In this document: positions 1-10,866 of the stretch, in pieces | Layout of the letters: every line of letters begins with the position of its first letter | How positions within the stretch are numbered: position 1 is the stretch's first letter | Origin: Proteobacteria bacterium UBA7447 | GTDB lineage: Bacteria; Pseudomonadota; Gammaproteobacteria; Arenicellales; UBA868 | Assembly (NCBI GenBank): GCA_002477475.1 | Contig: DLPX01000033.1 | Coordinates: 30,082-94,081 of the forward strand | Reading direction: 5' to 3' | Length of the DNA stretch: 64,000 bases | Notes under the pieces: model-generated | Database searches by the model: none | What the model saw: the letters and a program-made list of their open reading frames with translations, nothing else | Told to the model about the DNA's origin: nothing | Program-made: the position numbers and the translations under genes

Positions 1-221
1 TGTGAAAAATACTCCCGCGTGAAAAAGACCAGTTCATAACGGGTCCCTTGCACATCCTGTGTCGTATCCACCGTAATCGTAATTCTTCCAGATTCATCGG
101 CCTGCATTTCGATCACCTTCTCACGATCCCCGGAGGGCTGAAGCCGGCTGCAAGCCACCCGAATGCCCGCTGCGTGACACCCGTTCACTGAATCCAGTAT
201 GTGTGAAGAAATGATTGGCAT
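1..221 (-). CDS. uraH: 5-hydroxyisourate hydrolase (transthyretin-like), 3' end outside window
   Basis: Not in ORF track. Hand translation from ATG at 221 gives MPIISSHILDSVNGCHAAGIRV...DESGRI...YELVFFTREYFS, matching the HIUase S-H-(V/I)-L-D-xxx-G-xx-A, GR and Y-x-L-x-F-xxx-YF motifs. Confidence 0.85.
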   Translation of the reverse strand, partial: MPIISSHILDSVNGCHAAGIRVACSRLQPSGDREKVIEMQADESGRITITVDTTQDVQGTRYELVFFTREYFS

Positions 222-272
222 ACCTACCTACCAAGAGAAAAATATTTGACTCTCACCGGCTTAGCAGACATC

Positions 273-2009
273 TTATTCGATTGACGCCTTGTCGCGCTTG
301 CTTGTTACCGCCGCAACAATCGGGCTGATGACGCCGCGGGTACGGACGTTGACACAGGCCGTTCGACCGCTGGCGATTGCCCGGCGTACCGCGGGGGCAA
401 TTTCCTTTGGGTCTTCGACCAGCTCCCCGTAACCCCCCAAACCCTCGAACAGGGTATGAAACGGTATATCCCGAAAATCGGTTGCCACGTGGCTGCCGTT
501 CGCAAAGAGGCGTTCCTGCTGTTGTGAGATTGTGGTCAATCCGCCATTGTTGTCGATCACAACCGTGATCGGCGCATTTTCCTGAAAAGCGGCTTCAATA
601 CTGAGGCCTCCAGACAGGAATGCCCCATCACCGCTGATCACCACCGGGTGAGAATCCGGGTCATGCAGCTTGGCCGCTAGCGCAAAGGACACTCCTACCC
701 CCAGCATACTGAAAGCACCGGGATGCAGGATGCCGGTCAGTTTCTGACCCTGCCATCCGGCAAGATTGACAGCGATCTCGGACCAGAAGTGTGTGTTACC
801 GCCATCAATCACGAGCCAATCCTTTTCATCCATGGCGCTCTGAACCTCAAGGGCTAACTGCAGCGGATGCGCGCCCTGTCCAGGTGTCGTATCCTGCGCC
901 ATCTCGGCGATGGTCTGCTCGACCCATTCGCTGCGGCGCAGGCGTTGCTGCGCCTTCCAGTCTGTTCGCTCGTGCCAGTTGCCCGTCTCCGGCAAAGTAA
1001 GGAGCGCGTCGAAAAATGCGCCGGGATCGCTTAACAGCACCTTGTCCGCCGCTCGATTGAGTTCCGTTTCTTCGGCAGACCCGTTAACGCAGATCAGCTC
1101 ACACGATGCCGGAAAGAGCGGCGGATTACCGAAATTCATCTGATTATCCAAACGGCCGCCTACCATGATCGCCAGATCCGCCTCCTTCAATGCTTCAGCT
1201 GAGGGTCGATACTGGTGGATGTCGGCAAGCCCCATATAGGCCTCACTAGTCTCGGGCAGGAGTTTCTGGTGATAGGGGATATTGAAAATGGGGATACCGA
1301 GCTTCAGACCAACCTCTTCGAGTTTCTCTTCGGCGCGTGACCACCAGACGCCGTGCCCGCCTATCAGTATCGGCCGCTCACTCTTTTGCAAAGATGCAAT
1401 GACCGTCTGAAGATCATCCGGATTCGGCCAGGCCCGCGGTGCCAGCCGGGCGTCGTGCACGTAGGGCCTTTCATCCAGCTGCGCGTCGGCCGGAAAAGAG
1501 GAGAACATAATGTCTACAGGCACGCTGAGGTGTACCGGCCCCGGGTAACCGCTTAAAGCGGTCTTGTAGGCCCGATCTACAAACTCCCTGATCCGGGTGC
1601 CGTCCGTAATACTGGCACTGTACTTTGTGAGCGGCGCCGCGATTGCGACATCATCAATCTCCTTGAATCCGCCACTGCCCTGACGCTTCAGGGTACTGGA
1701 GCCAGTAATGAACATGACAGGCGTACGCTCGCCCCAGGCTTCCATCATTGCCGGCACGGCGTTGGCAAAGCCCTCCGGCCCCACCAGACACACCGCAGGG
1801 GATCGAGTGACCCGCGTGTACCCGTCTGCAAGATGACCCGCGACCTGTTCATGGGGACAGTTGATGATCGTGATGCCTCGATCGGCGAGTCCCTCCAGGG
1901 CAGGATTACAGAACCCTCCACTCAGGGTAAATACCTGTGAGATGCCCTTTTCATGAAGCGCCTGCGCCAACAGTGCGCCGCCGCGGATATTTGTTGGGTT
2001 TTTCATCAT
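273..2009 (-). CDS. Thiamine diphosphate-dependent enzyme (acetolactate synthase large subunit / 2-hydroxyacyl-CoA lyase-like)
   Basis: HEQVAGHLADGY N-terminal motif, PGPVHLSVP, GDGA...NN ThDP-binding motif; 578 aa. Confidence 0.88.
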   Translation of the reverse strand: MMKNPTNIRGGALLAQALHEKGISQVFTLSGGFCNPALEGLADRGITIINCPHEQVAGHLADGYTRVTRSPAVCLVGPEGFANAVPAMMEAWGERTPVMFITGSSTLKRQGSGGFKEIDDVAIAAPLTKYSASITDGTRIREFVDRAYKTALSGYPGPVHLSVPVDIMFSSFPADAQLDERPYVHDARLAPRAWPNPDDLQTVIASLQKSERPILIGGHGVWWSRAEEKLEEVGLKLGIPIFNIPYHQKLLPETSEAYMGLADIHQYRPSAEALKEADLAIMVGGRLDNQMNFGNPPLFPASCELICVNGSAEETELNRAADKVLLSDPGAFFDALLTLPETGNWHERTDWKAQQRLRRSEWVEQTIAEMAQDTTPGQGAHPLQLALEVQSAMDEKDWLVIDGGNTHFWSEIAVNLAGWQGQKLTGILHPGAFSMLGVGVSFALAAKLHDPDSHPVVISGDGAFLSGGLSIEAAFQENAPITVVIDNNGGLTTISQQQERLFANGSHVATDFRDIPFHTLFEGLGGYGELVEDPKEIAPAVRRAIASGRTACVNVRTRGVISPIVAAVTSKRDKASIE

Positions 2010-2056
2010 TTCTTTCTATTTTTATTTAAACGCTTAAGAAAAAAGCCAGCGCGGGC

Positions 2057-3190
2057 TTAGCGAACACGAACCTTGTGATTCAGTTCGTGGATAGACCGGC
2101 ACCCTAATTGCGCCATGACGGTGCTGAGTTCGCTCGTCAGAAACTTAAGCAGTGCTTCAAAACCCAACTGGCCGCCTGCGCCCAATGCGTAGAGCGCCGG
2201 CCGGCCTACCATCACAAAATCCGCGCCGCTTGCCAGGGCGCGCGCGATGTCCTCACCGCTGCGCACACCACTGTCAAAAATCAACGGTAAGTCAGCACCC
2301 ACTGCCTCCCGCACCTTCGGTAACACACTGATTGCGGCAGGAGCGCTGTCAAGTTGTCGGCCCCCGTGATTCGATACGTAAACGGCATCTGCACCTGCAT
2401 CCGCCGCCGTTTTTGCGTCTTGCGGACTCATCACACCTTTTAGAACAAGCCGGTGGGGCCACTGCGATCTCAGACGGGAGAAAAAAGCCCAGTCAAAACG
2501 GCCTCTGCCCGATTCCCGACGAAAACCGGCTTGGCCGTCGCCGGACGCAGCGGAATCCCCTGAAGGCCGCACATTGCACGGGCGGGGCTTGCCATTCATA
2601 AGTGTTGTCAAAGCCCATCTTGGGTGCAGACAAAAATCAACAAACTGTCTTGGTGCCATTCGAAACGGCACGCTAAAGCCATTTTTCTGATCGCGCCGTC
2701 GAGGCGCGAGTGCCGGCACATCTGCCGTCAGGATAAGGGTGTCGTAACCCGCCGCTGCCGCGCGCGATACCAGGCTTTGGGTCAACTCATCAGACTCTCC
2801 GGCGTACAATTGAAACCAGGCATTGCCATCCGACTGTTCCAGCATTTCCTCAAGAGAGGTTGAGGACATCGTCGAAACGCCAAGAGGAAATCCGTAGTGT
2901 TTTGACGCTCGAGCAAGCACCTTGTCGGCGCCGGGCCAAAACAGGTTGCACATACCCATCGGCGCCACGCCAAAGGGTATCTGCCACTCTTTATCGTGAA
3001 AGCGTGTCTTGAGAGAACGCTCTTCGACATTCACAAGCACTCTACCCTGAAGACAGACTTCTTTGAATGCCGTCAGGTTTCGCCGACTGGCGGTCTCCTC
3101 TCCAGCCGCGCCATCGAGAGCATCAAACACCATTCGCGGCATCCTTTGCCTCGCTTTCGTTCTTAGGTCGCTGACATCAAAACACTGCAT
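2057..3190 (-). CDS. FMN-dependent alpha-hydroxy acid oxidase/dehydrogenase (L-lactate dehydrogenase/glycolate oxidase family)
   Basis: WFQLY, SNHGGRQLD, DSGVRSGEDIARALASGA and GRP motifs. Confidence 0.92.
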   Translation of the reverse strand: MQCFDVSDLRTKARQRMPRMVFDALDGAAGEETASRRNLTAFKEVCLQGRVLVNVEERSLKTRFHDKEWQIPFGVAPMGMCNLFWPGADKVLARASKHYGFPLGVSTMSSTSLEEMLEQSDGNAWFQLYAGESDELTQSLVSRAAAAGYDTLILTADVPALAPRRRDQKNGFSVPFRMAPRQFVDFCLHPRWALTTLMNGKPRPCNVRPSGDSAASGDGQAGFRRESGRGRFDWAFFSRLRSQWPHRLVLKGVMSPQDAKTAADAGADAVYVSNHGGRQLDSAPAAISVLPKVREAVGADLPLIFDSGVRSGEDIARALASGADFVMVGRPALYALGAGGQLGFEALLKFLTSELSTVMAQLGCRSIHELNHKVRVR

Positions 3191-3387
3191 ATAACTTACC
3201 CACCGCGAGGCCGCTTAAGAATCTCCAACGCTTTGGGTGCTGACAAACTGTTGAGGCAGATCGTTGGGGCCATCTGAATTTCAGGACGGTTCTGTTGCCT
3301 GAAACGAGCCAGTATCGGTGGTTTCCATATATTTGACAAATACATTTTGATCGACAATATATTTGTTTTTTATATAATTCTCTCGAT

Positions 3388-4276
3388 ATAAATCTAAAGC
3401 AACTCGATGCCTTTCGGGCGACCCTGCGCACGGGCTCGATTACCGAGGCCGCCAAGACACTTGCACTATCCCAACCCAGTGTGACGCGGTTGATCAAGGA
3501 ACTTGAGCGGTCAGTCAGGTTTAACCTTTTTGTCCGAAATGGCCGTGGCATCACGTCTACCGTCGAGGGTCGACGGTTCGGGGATGCGGTTGAAAGCCTC
3601 TTTACGGGTACAGACCGACTCAAGGAAAACGCGCAGGCCATTCGCACCAGCGCGGATGGTGAAGTGCTCATTGGTGTTACTCCTGTTCTGGTGTATCAAA
3701 TCACTCCCGAAGCCATCGGGACAACCCATCAGAACAAACCCCCGCCTCAACATCTCGCTACGGGTCAATCATTCTGCCGGCTTAATCGATTCAGTTACCA
3801 TGGGACAACTAGACTTCGCGGTCGTCAATGTCCATCACAGGCCCGAATCACTCACCGTCTTCTATGAACAGGAACTTCGGTATGTCTGCCTCCTGCCTCA
3901 AGATCACGCCCTTGCCCAACCCAACACCGCAATCGACCTCAACCAACTACAGAAAGCAGACTGTATTGCCTATGAAAGTTCACGCTTGCGTGGCGCAGAT
4001 GAAAACTGGCAGAAAATATTGTCCTGGCCCTTTGTGAGCCTATCAGCCTATTCCAACATTGCCGTCGCCTCTCTTGCCAGAATCACCGGCAAACCAGCGA
4101 TCGTAGACCCCTACACCGCGAAAACCATGGTGGCTCTGGGCGGCGTGACCACTCGGCCTATCAAACAAAAACTTGTTTCCACTTTATGCGTAATTTCTCG
4201 CGGGGCTGATACATTGTCTCTGGCTGCGCGGGCGCTTGCTGAGGCGGTGGTGACTGAACTCCAGCGCCCCGGATAA
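3388..4276 (+). pseudogene. LysR-family regulator, disrupted (start codon reads ATA; frameshift near C5 run 3739-3743)
   Basis: Frame 1 from 3388 gives INLKQLDAFRATLRTGSITEAAKTLALSQPSVTRLIKELE (LysR HTH). The substrate-binding domain (RLNISLRV...GQLDFAVV...) continues in another frame to 4276. No in-frame ATG before the upstream stop. Confidence 0.8.
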
Positions 4277-4363
4277 GATCACACCGGCATAAGATGACTG
4301 GTTGAGCCAACGTTCTGATTACCCAATCGCTGGAACTCAATTCCAAACGCGTTTCGATTATCG

Positions 4364-5041
4364 ATGACAGAAGATTTCAGACCATTCCTACAGGCAGGGC
4401 CTACGGTACAAAGCGATGATGACGCCGTTGTCGGCTTTGCCCGTAGAGCAATTGGCACCGAAATGCAGGCTGTTGCTCAGGCAGTGCGGCTTTACTACGC
4501 AGTGCGGGATGAAATCCGTTACGACGGCTATGATCTGGATATCTCAGTCAACGGACTCTGTGCTCGACGCAATCTGGAACTGGGTCACGGCTGGTGCATT
4601 TCAAAAGCGGTTCTTCTGGCAGCCTGTTGTCGGTCGGCGGGTATCCCTGCCCGTTTGGGTTACGCCGATGTGAGAAACCACCTATCTACCCAGAAAATGC
4701 GCGAGAGAATGGGCACTGACGTTTTTTACTGGCATGGTTATACCTCTATCTTTCTGGAAGGTCAGTGGGTCAAAGCGACACCCGCGTTCAATCTTGAGCT
4801 TTGTCATAAATTCCGTCTAAGACCGCTCGATTTCAATGGACGAGAAGACTCGCTTTACCATCCCTTTGATCTCGAGGGACGCCGCCATATGGAATACGTT
4901 CGTGAACGCGGCGATTTTGCTGAACCACCGATCGAACAAATTCGCGATACTTACAAAAACGAGTATCCGAACTGGAAAATGGATGGGAACGAAATATCCG
5001 ACGATTTTGAAAGTGATGTTGCGGTTGAAACCGCAAACTGA
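4364..5041 (+). CDS. Transglutaminase-like domain protein
   Basis: LYYAVRDEIRY, GWCISKAVLLAACCRSAGIPARLG, WHGY...WVKATPAF. Confidence 0.85.
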   Translation: MTEDFRPFLQAGPTVQSDDDAVVGFARRAIGTEMQAVAQAVRLYYAVRDEIRYDGYDLDISVNGLCARRNLELGHGWCISKAVLLAACCRSAGIPARLGYADVRNHLSTQKMRERMGTDVFYWHGYTSIFLEGQWVKATPAFNLELCHKFRLRPLDFNGREDSLYHPFDLEGRRHMEYVRERGDFAEPPIEQIRDTYKNEYPNWKMDGNEISDDFESDVAVETAN

Positions 5042-5063
5042 TTTCTGAGACCTCGGACTTGAC

Positions 5064-6422
5064 TCAATTCGGCGGCGCTACCGAATAACCGCCGTAGCGC
5101 TCCGCAAAGCGTTTCCAGGCGGCATCCGCCGCATCCCCAGCGCGGGTCACCAGATCATCTTGATCAGCGGTTTGCACCATCCCGTCCATCACCACCACCT
5201 CGCCGTCCACCAGCACCATATCCACATCTTTAGCGTGGCCGTGGTAGACGAGTGTCGTCACCGGATCATTAACCGGTGTCAGGCCCAGTCTTTGCATATT
5301 GACCAGCTGCAGATCAGCCTTTTTGCCAGGTTCAATTGAGCCAATCTCCTGATCAAGACCGAGCACCCGCGCCGCATCAATCGTTCCCAAGGCAAGGACT
5401 TCAGGCGCCGACAGTATTTCAGGGTCATGCGCCCGAATCCGGGCGCTGGCAAGACACGACCGCAACACCTCAAAGTAGTCGGAAAAGTAGTTATCGATAC
5501 CCAACCCCACTTGCATGCCTCTTGCACGCATCGCTTGGATGGGAGCGACCTCTCCTCGAAACTGATTCATATGCGGACAATGCGCAAGATGGGTGCCGGA
5601 CTGCGCCAGGATGTTAACCTCGTCATCGTCTACTTCATAGCAGTGCACTGCCACCACATCAGGGCCGAGCATGCCGTGCGTGTCCGCAAAATCAAACTGG
5701 GCCATGCCGTGAATCCGCTGAACGAGGTCCCGCTCCCCGAATCCTAAGTGCGCAGACAGGCGGAGTCCTTTTTCGTCCGCCCCCCGGCGCAATCCCTGAA
5801 GCAGCTCGGGCGACGATGTCGACAGTCCGGTCGCCGCCATGACCGCCTGGATCCGGCCATCCGCTCGCCCATGCCAGCGCTCTGCCAACCCATTGGCCTG
5901 ATCAAGTTGTTGATCTCGCACGGCCGCATCAAAAACGGTTTCACCGCGCGCCAATGCCTCAAGATTCAAATCGTTCACCATCACACCGATAAGCGCCCGG
6001 ATACCGCTGCTATCGATAAACGGCGCAAAGAGCTCGGCATCCTCCTCCATCTCGAGAATGGTGGTTACCCCGCCTCTCAGCAGTTCGGTAACGGCCAGAG
6101 CGCCGATGACCTGGCGCTCCTCTTGTGCGATGACACCGCTCATTGGAAGATACAAGCGGTGTGTTGGCGCATGTCCGATGTCTTCGGCCCGCCCGCGAAA
6201 CACGGCATACCCTACATGGTTGTGTGCGCTCACGAAGCCGGGCATTACGACTTTTCCTTTGCCGTCGACTACGGTTTCCGCCATCGAGTACTGCTCACCC
6301 AGTACATGCGCATCTCCCACTGCCGCAATGCGATCCTTTTCAACATACACTGCGCCGTTTTCAATAACGCGGTGAGTTTCGTCGACCGTCACGACTGTGG
6401 TGTTGGTAATCAGTATCGACAT
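5064..6422 (-). CDS. Amidohydrolase family protein (chlorohydrolase/MTA-SAH deaminase-like)
   Basis: PGFVSAHNH (HxH), VHC, HCP, GLGID, IGSIEPGKKADL. Confidence 0.88.
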   Translation of the reverse strand: MSILITNTTVVTVDETHRVIENGAVYVEKDRIAAVGDAHVLGEQYSMAETVVDGKGKVVMPGFVSAHNHVGYAVFRGRAEDIGHAPTHRLYLPMSGVIAQEERQVIGALAVTELLRGGVTTILEMEEDAELFAPFIDSSGIRALIGVMVNDLNLEALARGETVFDAAVRDQQLDQANGLAERWHGRADGRIQAVMAATGLSTSSPELLQGLRRGADEKGLRLSAHLGFGERDLVQRIHGMAQFDFADTHGMLGPDVVAVHCYEVDDDEVNILAQSGTHLAHCPHMNQFRGEVAPIQAMRARGMQVGLGIDNYFSDYFEVLRSCLASARIRAHDPEILSAPEVLALGTIDAARVLGLDQEIGSIEPGKKADLQLVNMQRLGLTPVNDPVTTLVYHGHAKDVDMVLVDGEVVVMDGMVQTADQDDLVTRAGDAADAAWKRFAERYGGYSVAPPN

Positions 6423-6494
6423 TGCAATGGATATTGTCCGCTTATTTGCGCAGAGTCCGATGGGATCATGTGTGCCGGTCTTTGACCCGCTTCG

Positions 6495-7373
6495 CTAAAT
6501 GCTCATCCCCGACATCATCACCACTGGTTCAATTTCCGGCGTACCTTCCGGCACAAAGAAGTCACTCCAAAGCGGTTTGCTGGGGTCTACCCGGTAAATG
6601 CTGAAATCACTTACCCCTTCTGATGACAGCAAGACATCATCGATGCAAAACTGTCCGGTAAATTCGGCGGCCTCCTTGGAGAGAATCGCTGCTGCCGCAT
6701 CCGCCATGATTTCGGGTTTACGGCAATGAGGGAAAGCAAGATTTCCTGCCACCACATTACTGATTGCGGCAGTCGCAATTACCGAATGCGGCCACAATGC
6801 GTTGACCGCGATCTTCTTGGACTTCAATTCTCCTGCCATTCCCAATACGCACTGACTCATTCCGAACTTGGACATGGTGTAAGCAACCGAAGGCGCAAAC
6901 CACTTGGTCTGCATATCCAGAGGCGGCGAAATATTCAGGATATGCGGATTTTCGCTCCTCTCGAGATGAGGCAGGCACTCCTTTGAGAGCATGAATGTCG
7001 CCCGCACATTGACAGCAAACATCAGATCAAACCTCTTCATTTCTGTTTTGCTGGTGGGTGTCAGGGATATGGCGCTGGCATTGTTGATGCAGATATCCAA
7101 TCCCCCAAAAGCCTCAGCTGCCTGAGCAACTGCCGACTTCACCTGATTCTCATCGCGCACATCCGTGACGATCGGCAAAGCCTTGCCCCCTACTGCTTCA
7201 ATTTCTTCAGCTGCCGTGTAGATGGTTCCCGGCAGTTTGGGATGCGGCTCAGCCGTCTTGGCAAGAATCGCGACGCTGCCGCCCTCAGCGGCGAGTCTCT
7301 TGGCCATCGCCAATCCGATGCCGCGGCTGCCCCCCGATATGATTGCGCGTTTCCCTTTCAACGATGTCATCAT
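6495..7373 (-). CDS. Short-chain dehydrogenase/reductase (HSDL2/AtuG-like)
   Basis: SGGSRGIG, AKTAEPHPKLPGTIYTAA, NNASAI, YTMSK. Confidence 0.9.
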   Translation of the reverse strand: MMTSLKGKRAIISGGSRGIGLAMAKRLAAEGGSVAILAKTAEPHPKLPGTIYTAAEEIEAVGGKALPIVTDVRDENQVKSAVAQAAEAFGGLDICINNASAISLTPTSKTEMKRFDLMFAVNVRATFMLSKECLPHLERSENPHILNISPPLDMQTKWFAPSVAYTMSKFGMSQCVLGMAGELKSKKIAVNALWPHSVIATAAISNVVAGNLAFPHCRKPEIMADAAAAILSKEAAEFTGQFCIDDVLLSSEGVSDFSIYRVDPSKPLWSDFFVPEGTPEIEPVVMMSGMSI

Positions 7374-7487
7374 CTACTCCTTCGGTCTATTTGAAAATAT
7401 TGCTTTACTCTATCTCACTAGGCTCACAAGCTCGGTTTGCCAGCAACATGACTCGCAAGACGTGGCTTTTTGCAACAACGGCAACCA

Positions 7488-8576
7488 CTAACGGATGCCC
7501 CACTCCTTGAGAACCTCCTCGGTATGTTCTCCCGGCTGAGGCGGCTCGCGACGGATGCGGCCTGGGGTGCGACTGAAACGCGGTGCGGGGGCTGGCTGGG
7601 TAATCCCGAAGTCTTCAACGAATACACTGCGATGTTTATTGTGCGGATGCTCCGGCGCATCAGTCATGCTGAGCACTGGTGCAAAACAGATGTCCGTGCC
7701 TTCCATCAGTTCACACCAATACGACTGGGGCTCACGCAAAAATATTTGCCGGAGTTGTTCGCGCATTCGTTGCCAGTTTTCCTTGGACTGACTGACACCT
7801 TCCGCATCCGGATCAATCCCAAGCGTATCCAAAAGCAGGCGGTAAAACTGAGGCTCAATGGATCCAATCGCAATCCACTTTCCGTCCGCACATTCGAAGG
7901 CGCCATAGAAATGCGCGCCCCCGTCGAGCAGATTGTCCTGACGCTTGTCGGTCCACTTCCCCTGCTGTGTCAGACCATACATCATGGTCATCAGATGCGC
8001 TGCGCCGTCGACCATTGCGGCATCAACCACCTGACCTTCTCCCGACCCCCTCGCTTCCAGAAGAGCGCACACGACTCCGAAGGCGAGATAAAGCGCTCCG
8101 CCGCCGAAGTCGCCGACCAGATTGAGTGGCGGCGTCACTGACTCATCGGTGCCGATCGCATCCAGCACGCCCGTCAGCGCGATGTAGTTGATGTCGTGGC
8201 CGGCGGCGTGAGCCAAAGGGCCCGCTTGACCCCATCCTGTCATCCGTCCGTACACCAGACACGGGTTCTTCGCCAAACACTCCTCGGGCCCAAGGCCAAG
8301 GCGCTCCATGACGCCCGGCCGATACCCCTCGATTACGGCATCAGCACGTGCAATCAGCGCAAGCGCCGTTGCGATACCCTCGGGAGTCTTGAGATTAAGG
8401 GCAACGGAGCGCCGGCCCCGATTGAGCACATCAATCTTAAGATCCAAAGGATTGGAGCCGCCCTCACGGTCAATACGGACAACATCCGCACCCATATCCG
8501 AGAGCAGCATCGCGCAAAAAGGCGCCGGGCCCAGCCCCGCCATTTCTACAATCCGATATCCGTTCAGTGGCCCCAT
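7488..8576 (-). CDS. CaiB/BaiF family III CoA-transferase / alpha-methylacyl-CoA racemase
   Basis: [36 protein letters not shown]; start reassigned to ATG at 8576. Confidence 0.9.
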   Translation of the reverse strand: MGPLNGYRIVEMAGLGPAPFCAMLLSDMGADVVRIDREGGSNPLDLKIDVLNRGRRSVALNLKTPEGIATALALIARADAVIEGYRPGVMERLGLGPEECLAKNPCLVYGRMTGWGQAGPLAHAAGHDINYIALTGVLDAIGTDESVTPPLNLVGDFGGGALYLAFGVVCALLEARGSGEGQVVDAAMVDGAAHLMTMMYGLTQQGKWTDKRQDNLLDGGAHFYGAFECADGKWIAIGSIEPQFYRLLLDTLGIDPDAEGVSQSKENWQRMREQLRQIFLREPQSYWCELMEGTDICFAPVLSMTDAPEHPHNKHRSVFVEDFGITQPAPAPRFSRTPGRIRREPPQPGEHTEEVLKEWGIR

Positions 8577-8580
8577 TCGT

Positions 8581-9585
8581 CTACTCAGAGATTGTCTCGC
8601 CGGGAGGCAGAAACGACTGCAGACTGTGCCTGACCTTTCGAACGCTAACAAAGTACGGCCAGAGACCGGACAACGCTCGCGTTGGCAATATCGGAGACAC
8701 CAGTTTTACTCTCCCCCAACCAGGGCGCCAGGTGTAATCTGAATCGCGCCGCGGAATCACGGCAACCACCGGCGTCCCCAGCGCACTCGCCAAATGCCCT
8801 GCACCAGAATCATTGCACACCAGCGTCCGAGCGTCACTCAGCAACTTCGCCAATGCCGCAATCGTCGGCGTCGGAGCCAAAGTAAACTGCCCATCGAGCC
8901 GTTTGCTCCACTCAGCCGTCTCGGAGGGCGCGACTGCGAAAACACACTTGTGCCCGATATCCTGCAATTGTCGGGCCAAAAGCACAAAACGTTCTGCCCG
9001 CCAGTTCTTCCTCGCCTTGCCGCTGGTCGGAGAAAAAACGATGGGTCTCTTTTTTTCCTCGCGCTCAGATGTTTGCGACGGCATCAGGCCGATATCCGGA
9101 TGCGCCTCTTTGAGAAGCAGTTCTCGCCGACAGAACTCCACCACGTGCTCGACCATTGTGAGTCCACTCTTCGTTTTATCCCGGATCAGTCCCTTGCGTG
9201 GAATCCGATCGCGGAACAAAGCAGACTTCTCAGCGGGCAATTCCTGAAGACTAAACCGACCGTCCAATGACGGGTCGTGATGGGCTAACGAAAAGAACAC
9301 CACCCGATGTGAAAGCCCGGGCCGCGCATCGATACCGTCGGATTGAAGCCCCGGAGCCTGTGAGTCGATCAGACAGAAATCAAACTCATCTGTAATGCGG
9401 TCGTACTCTTGTGCGCTAAGACGCGGGCCTGTGCGAATATCTGGCAGCCACAAAGCAAGGTCATGAGCACAGTCTCCACGCACAGTGACGTCGAATCCCG
9501 CCCGCGCGAGATTAGCCGGAATCACGAGGGAGATCAGGCAATCGCCAAGCTTACCCGGAGTGACGACGAGCACCTTAGCTGTCAC
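8581..9585 (-). CDS. Glycosyltransferase family 9 (heptosyltransferase-like)
   Basis: LGD near N-terminus, [21 protein letters not shown]. Confidence 0.85.
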   Translation of the reverse strand: MTAKVLVVTPGKLGDCLISLVIPANLARAGFDVTVRGDCAHDLALWLPDIRTGPRLSAQEYDRITDEFDFCLIDSQAPGLQSDGIDARPGLSHRVVFFSLAHHDPSLDGRFSLQELPAEKSALFRDRIPRKGLIRDKTKSGLTMVEHVVEFCRRELLLKEAHPDIGLMPSQTSEREEKKRPIVFSPTSGKARKNWRAERFVLLARQLQDIGHKCVFAVAPSETAEWSKRLDGQFTLAPTPTIAALAKLLSDARTLVCNDSGAGHLASALGTPVVAVIPRRDSDYTWRPGWGRVKLVSPILPTRALSGLWPYFVSVRKVRHSLQSFLPPGETISE

Positions 9586-9660
9586 TACCGACCCAACCTC
9601 GCAGAACGCGTGTTCGCTTGCATGACGCCGATTATGGATTAGCGGCCCGTGCGGGACTAA

Positions 9661-10824
9661 TCAGATAATGCCTTTCTCACGATACGGACGGTTTTCCAGA
9701 ATACGTCGATACCCAAAGCAATCGAGACCCAGCGTTTGGTAGGCGCCCTCAACCACGTACTCTGCCAGCCCCATGCCAACTGCTGGTGCGTGCATGATGC
9801 CATGGCCAGAAAAGCCGTTGGCAAGAAAGAAGTTGTCCAACACACCGTGGCAAGGGCCAAGGATTGGGGAATAATCTAGAACACTGCGCGCATAGTGCCC
9901 CCGCCAACTCCTTTCAAGCTTGAGTGACTGCATCGCCGGGATCCGCTCGGCAAGCGCAGGCCAGACAACCGAGTTGAAGCGCTCTGGAGCGACTGAAAAA
10001 TTCCACCCGGGCTTCTCTGACCAGTCCGGAACACCTCCCACATAACCCTGCCCCTCGGGGCGAAAAGCGAGATCCGTTTCCGTTTTGATAAAGGGCAATG
10101 GTTCAACCGCCTCACCGCAGCGGAAAAAGTAACTTTCGCGGGACATGGGTTCGACGGGGAGTTCCAGATCGACGGTTTGGGCCAGCTCGGCACACCAAGC
10201 ACCCGAGGCGTTGATAAACACATCCGCTTCAAAAGTAGCGCCGTCCTTGTCATGCGCCCGCCGGACCGCATTGCCTGCTTTTTCCAAACGGATCACTTCT
10301 GCTTCTTGATAAGTGACGCCGCTGGCAATGGCTTTTCGGCGAAAACCCATGAGCGCGGCATGAGGGTCAATCCATCCATCCTGGTCGGACAGTACGGCAA
10401 GATCCACACCCGTTGTCTTTACCGAGGGAAAACGACGCGAGAGCTCAGTCGGGTTCAAAAGCGTGACCGGTACACCCATCGACTCCTGCATTCGGAAGTT
10501 CTCTTCCATCTGGGCCGCACCGCCATTATCAGAAAGAAAAAGATACCCCTGTCGCCTGAATCCGATATCGGCACTATGGCCTTCAACCCGCATATCCTTG
10601 GAAAATCGCTGATAGAACGACAGGCCGAAATCCGCCATCTGGATATTTTCGGGAAGGCTGAACAGCCGGCGGATACCGCCATTGGCCAGCGGAGTGGCGG
10701 CATGGGTATATGTATGATCGCGCTCAAGCACCAGTACCGTCCCCGCGCCCGCCAACTGGCTGAGGTGGTAAGCAATGCTGGAACCAACGATACCCCCGCC
10801 GACAATGATGATGTCGGCTTTCAT
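9661..10824 (-). CDS. FAD-dependent oxidoreductase, DAO/sarcosine oxidase-beta-like family
   Basis: DIIIVGGGIVG Rossmann motif, DGWIDP, ANGFSGHGIMHAPAVG; start reassigned to ATG at 10824. Confidence 0.88.
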   Translation of the reverse strand: MKADIIIVGGGIVGSSIAYHLSQLAGAGTVLVLERDHTYTHAATPLANGGIRRLFSLPENIQMADFGLSFYQRFSKDMRVEGHSADIGFRRQGYLFLSDNGGAAQMEENFRMQESMGVPVTLLNPTELSRRFPSVKTTGVDLAVLSDQDGWIDPHAALMGFRRKAIASGVTYQEAEVIRLEKAGNAVRRAHDKDGATFEADVFINASGAWCAELAQTVDLELPVEPMSRESYFFRCGEAVEPLPFIKTETDLAFRPEGQGYVGGVPDWSEKPGWNFSVAPERFNSVVWPALAERIPAMQSLKLERSWRGHYARSVLDYSPILGPCHGVLDNFFLANGFSGHGIMHAPAVGMGLAEYVVEGAYQTLGLDCFGYRRILENRPYREKGII

Positions 10825-10866
10825 GTTTGGATCCCACTGAATAACAAAGGCCAAGTGTAAGCCTGT

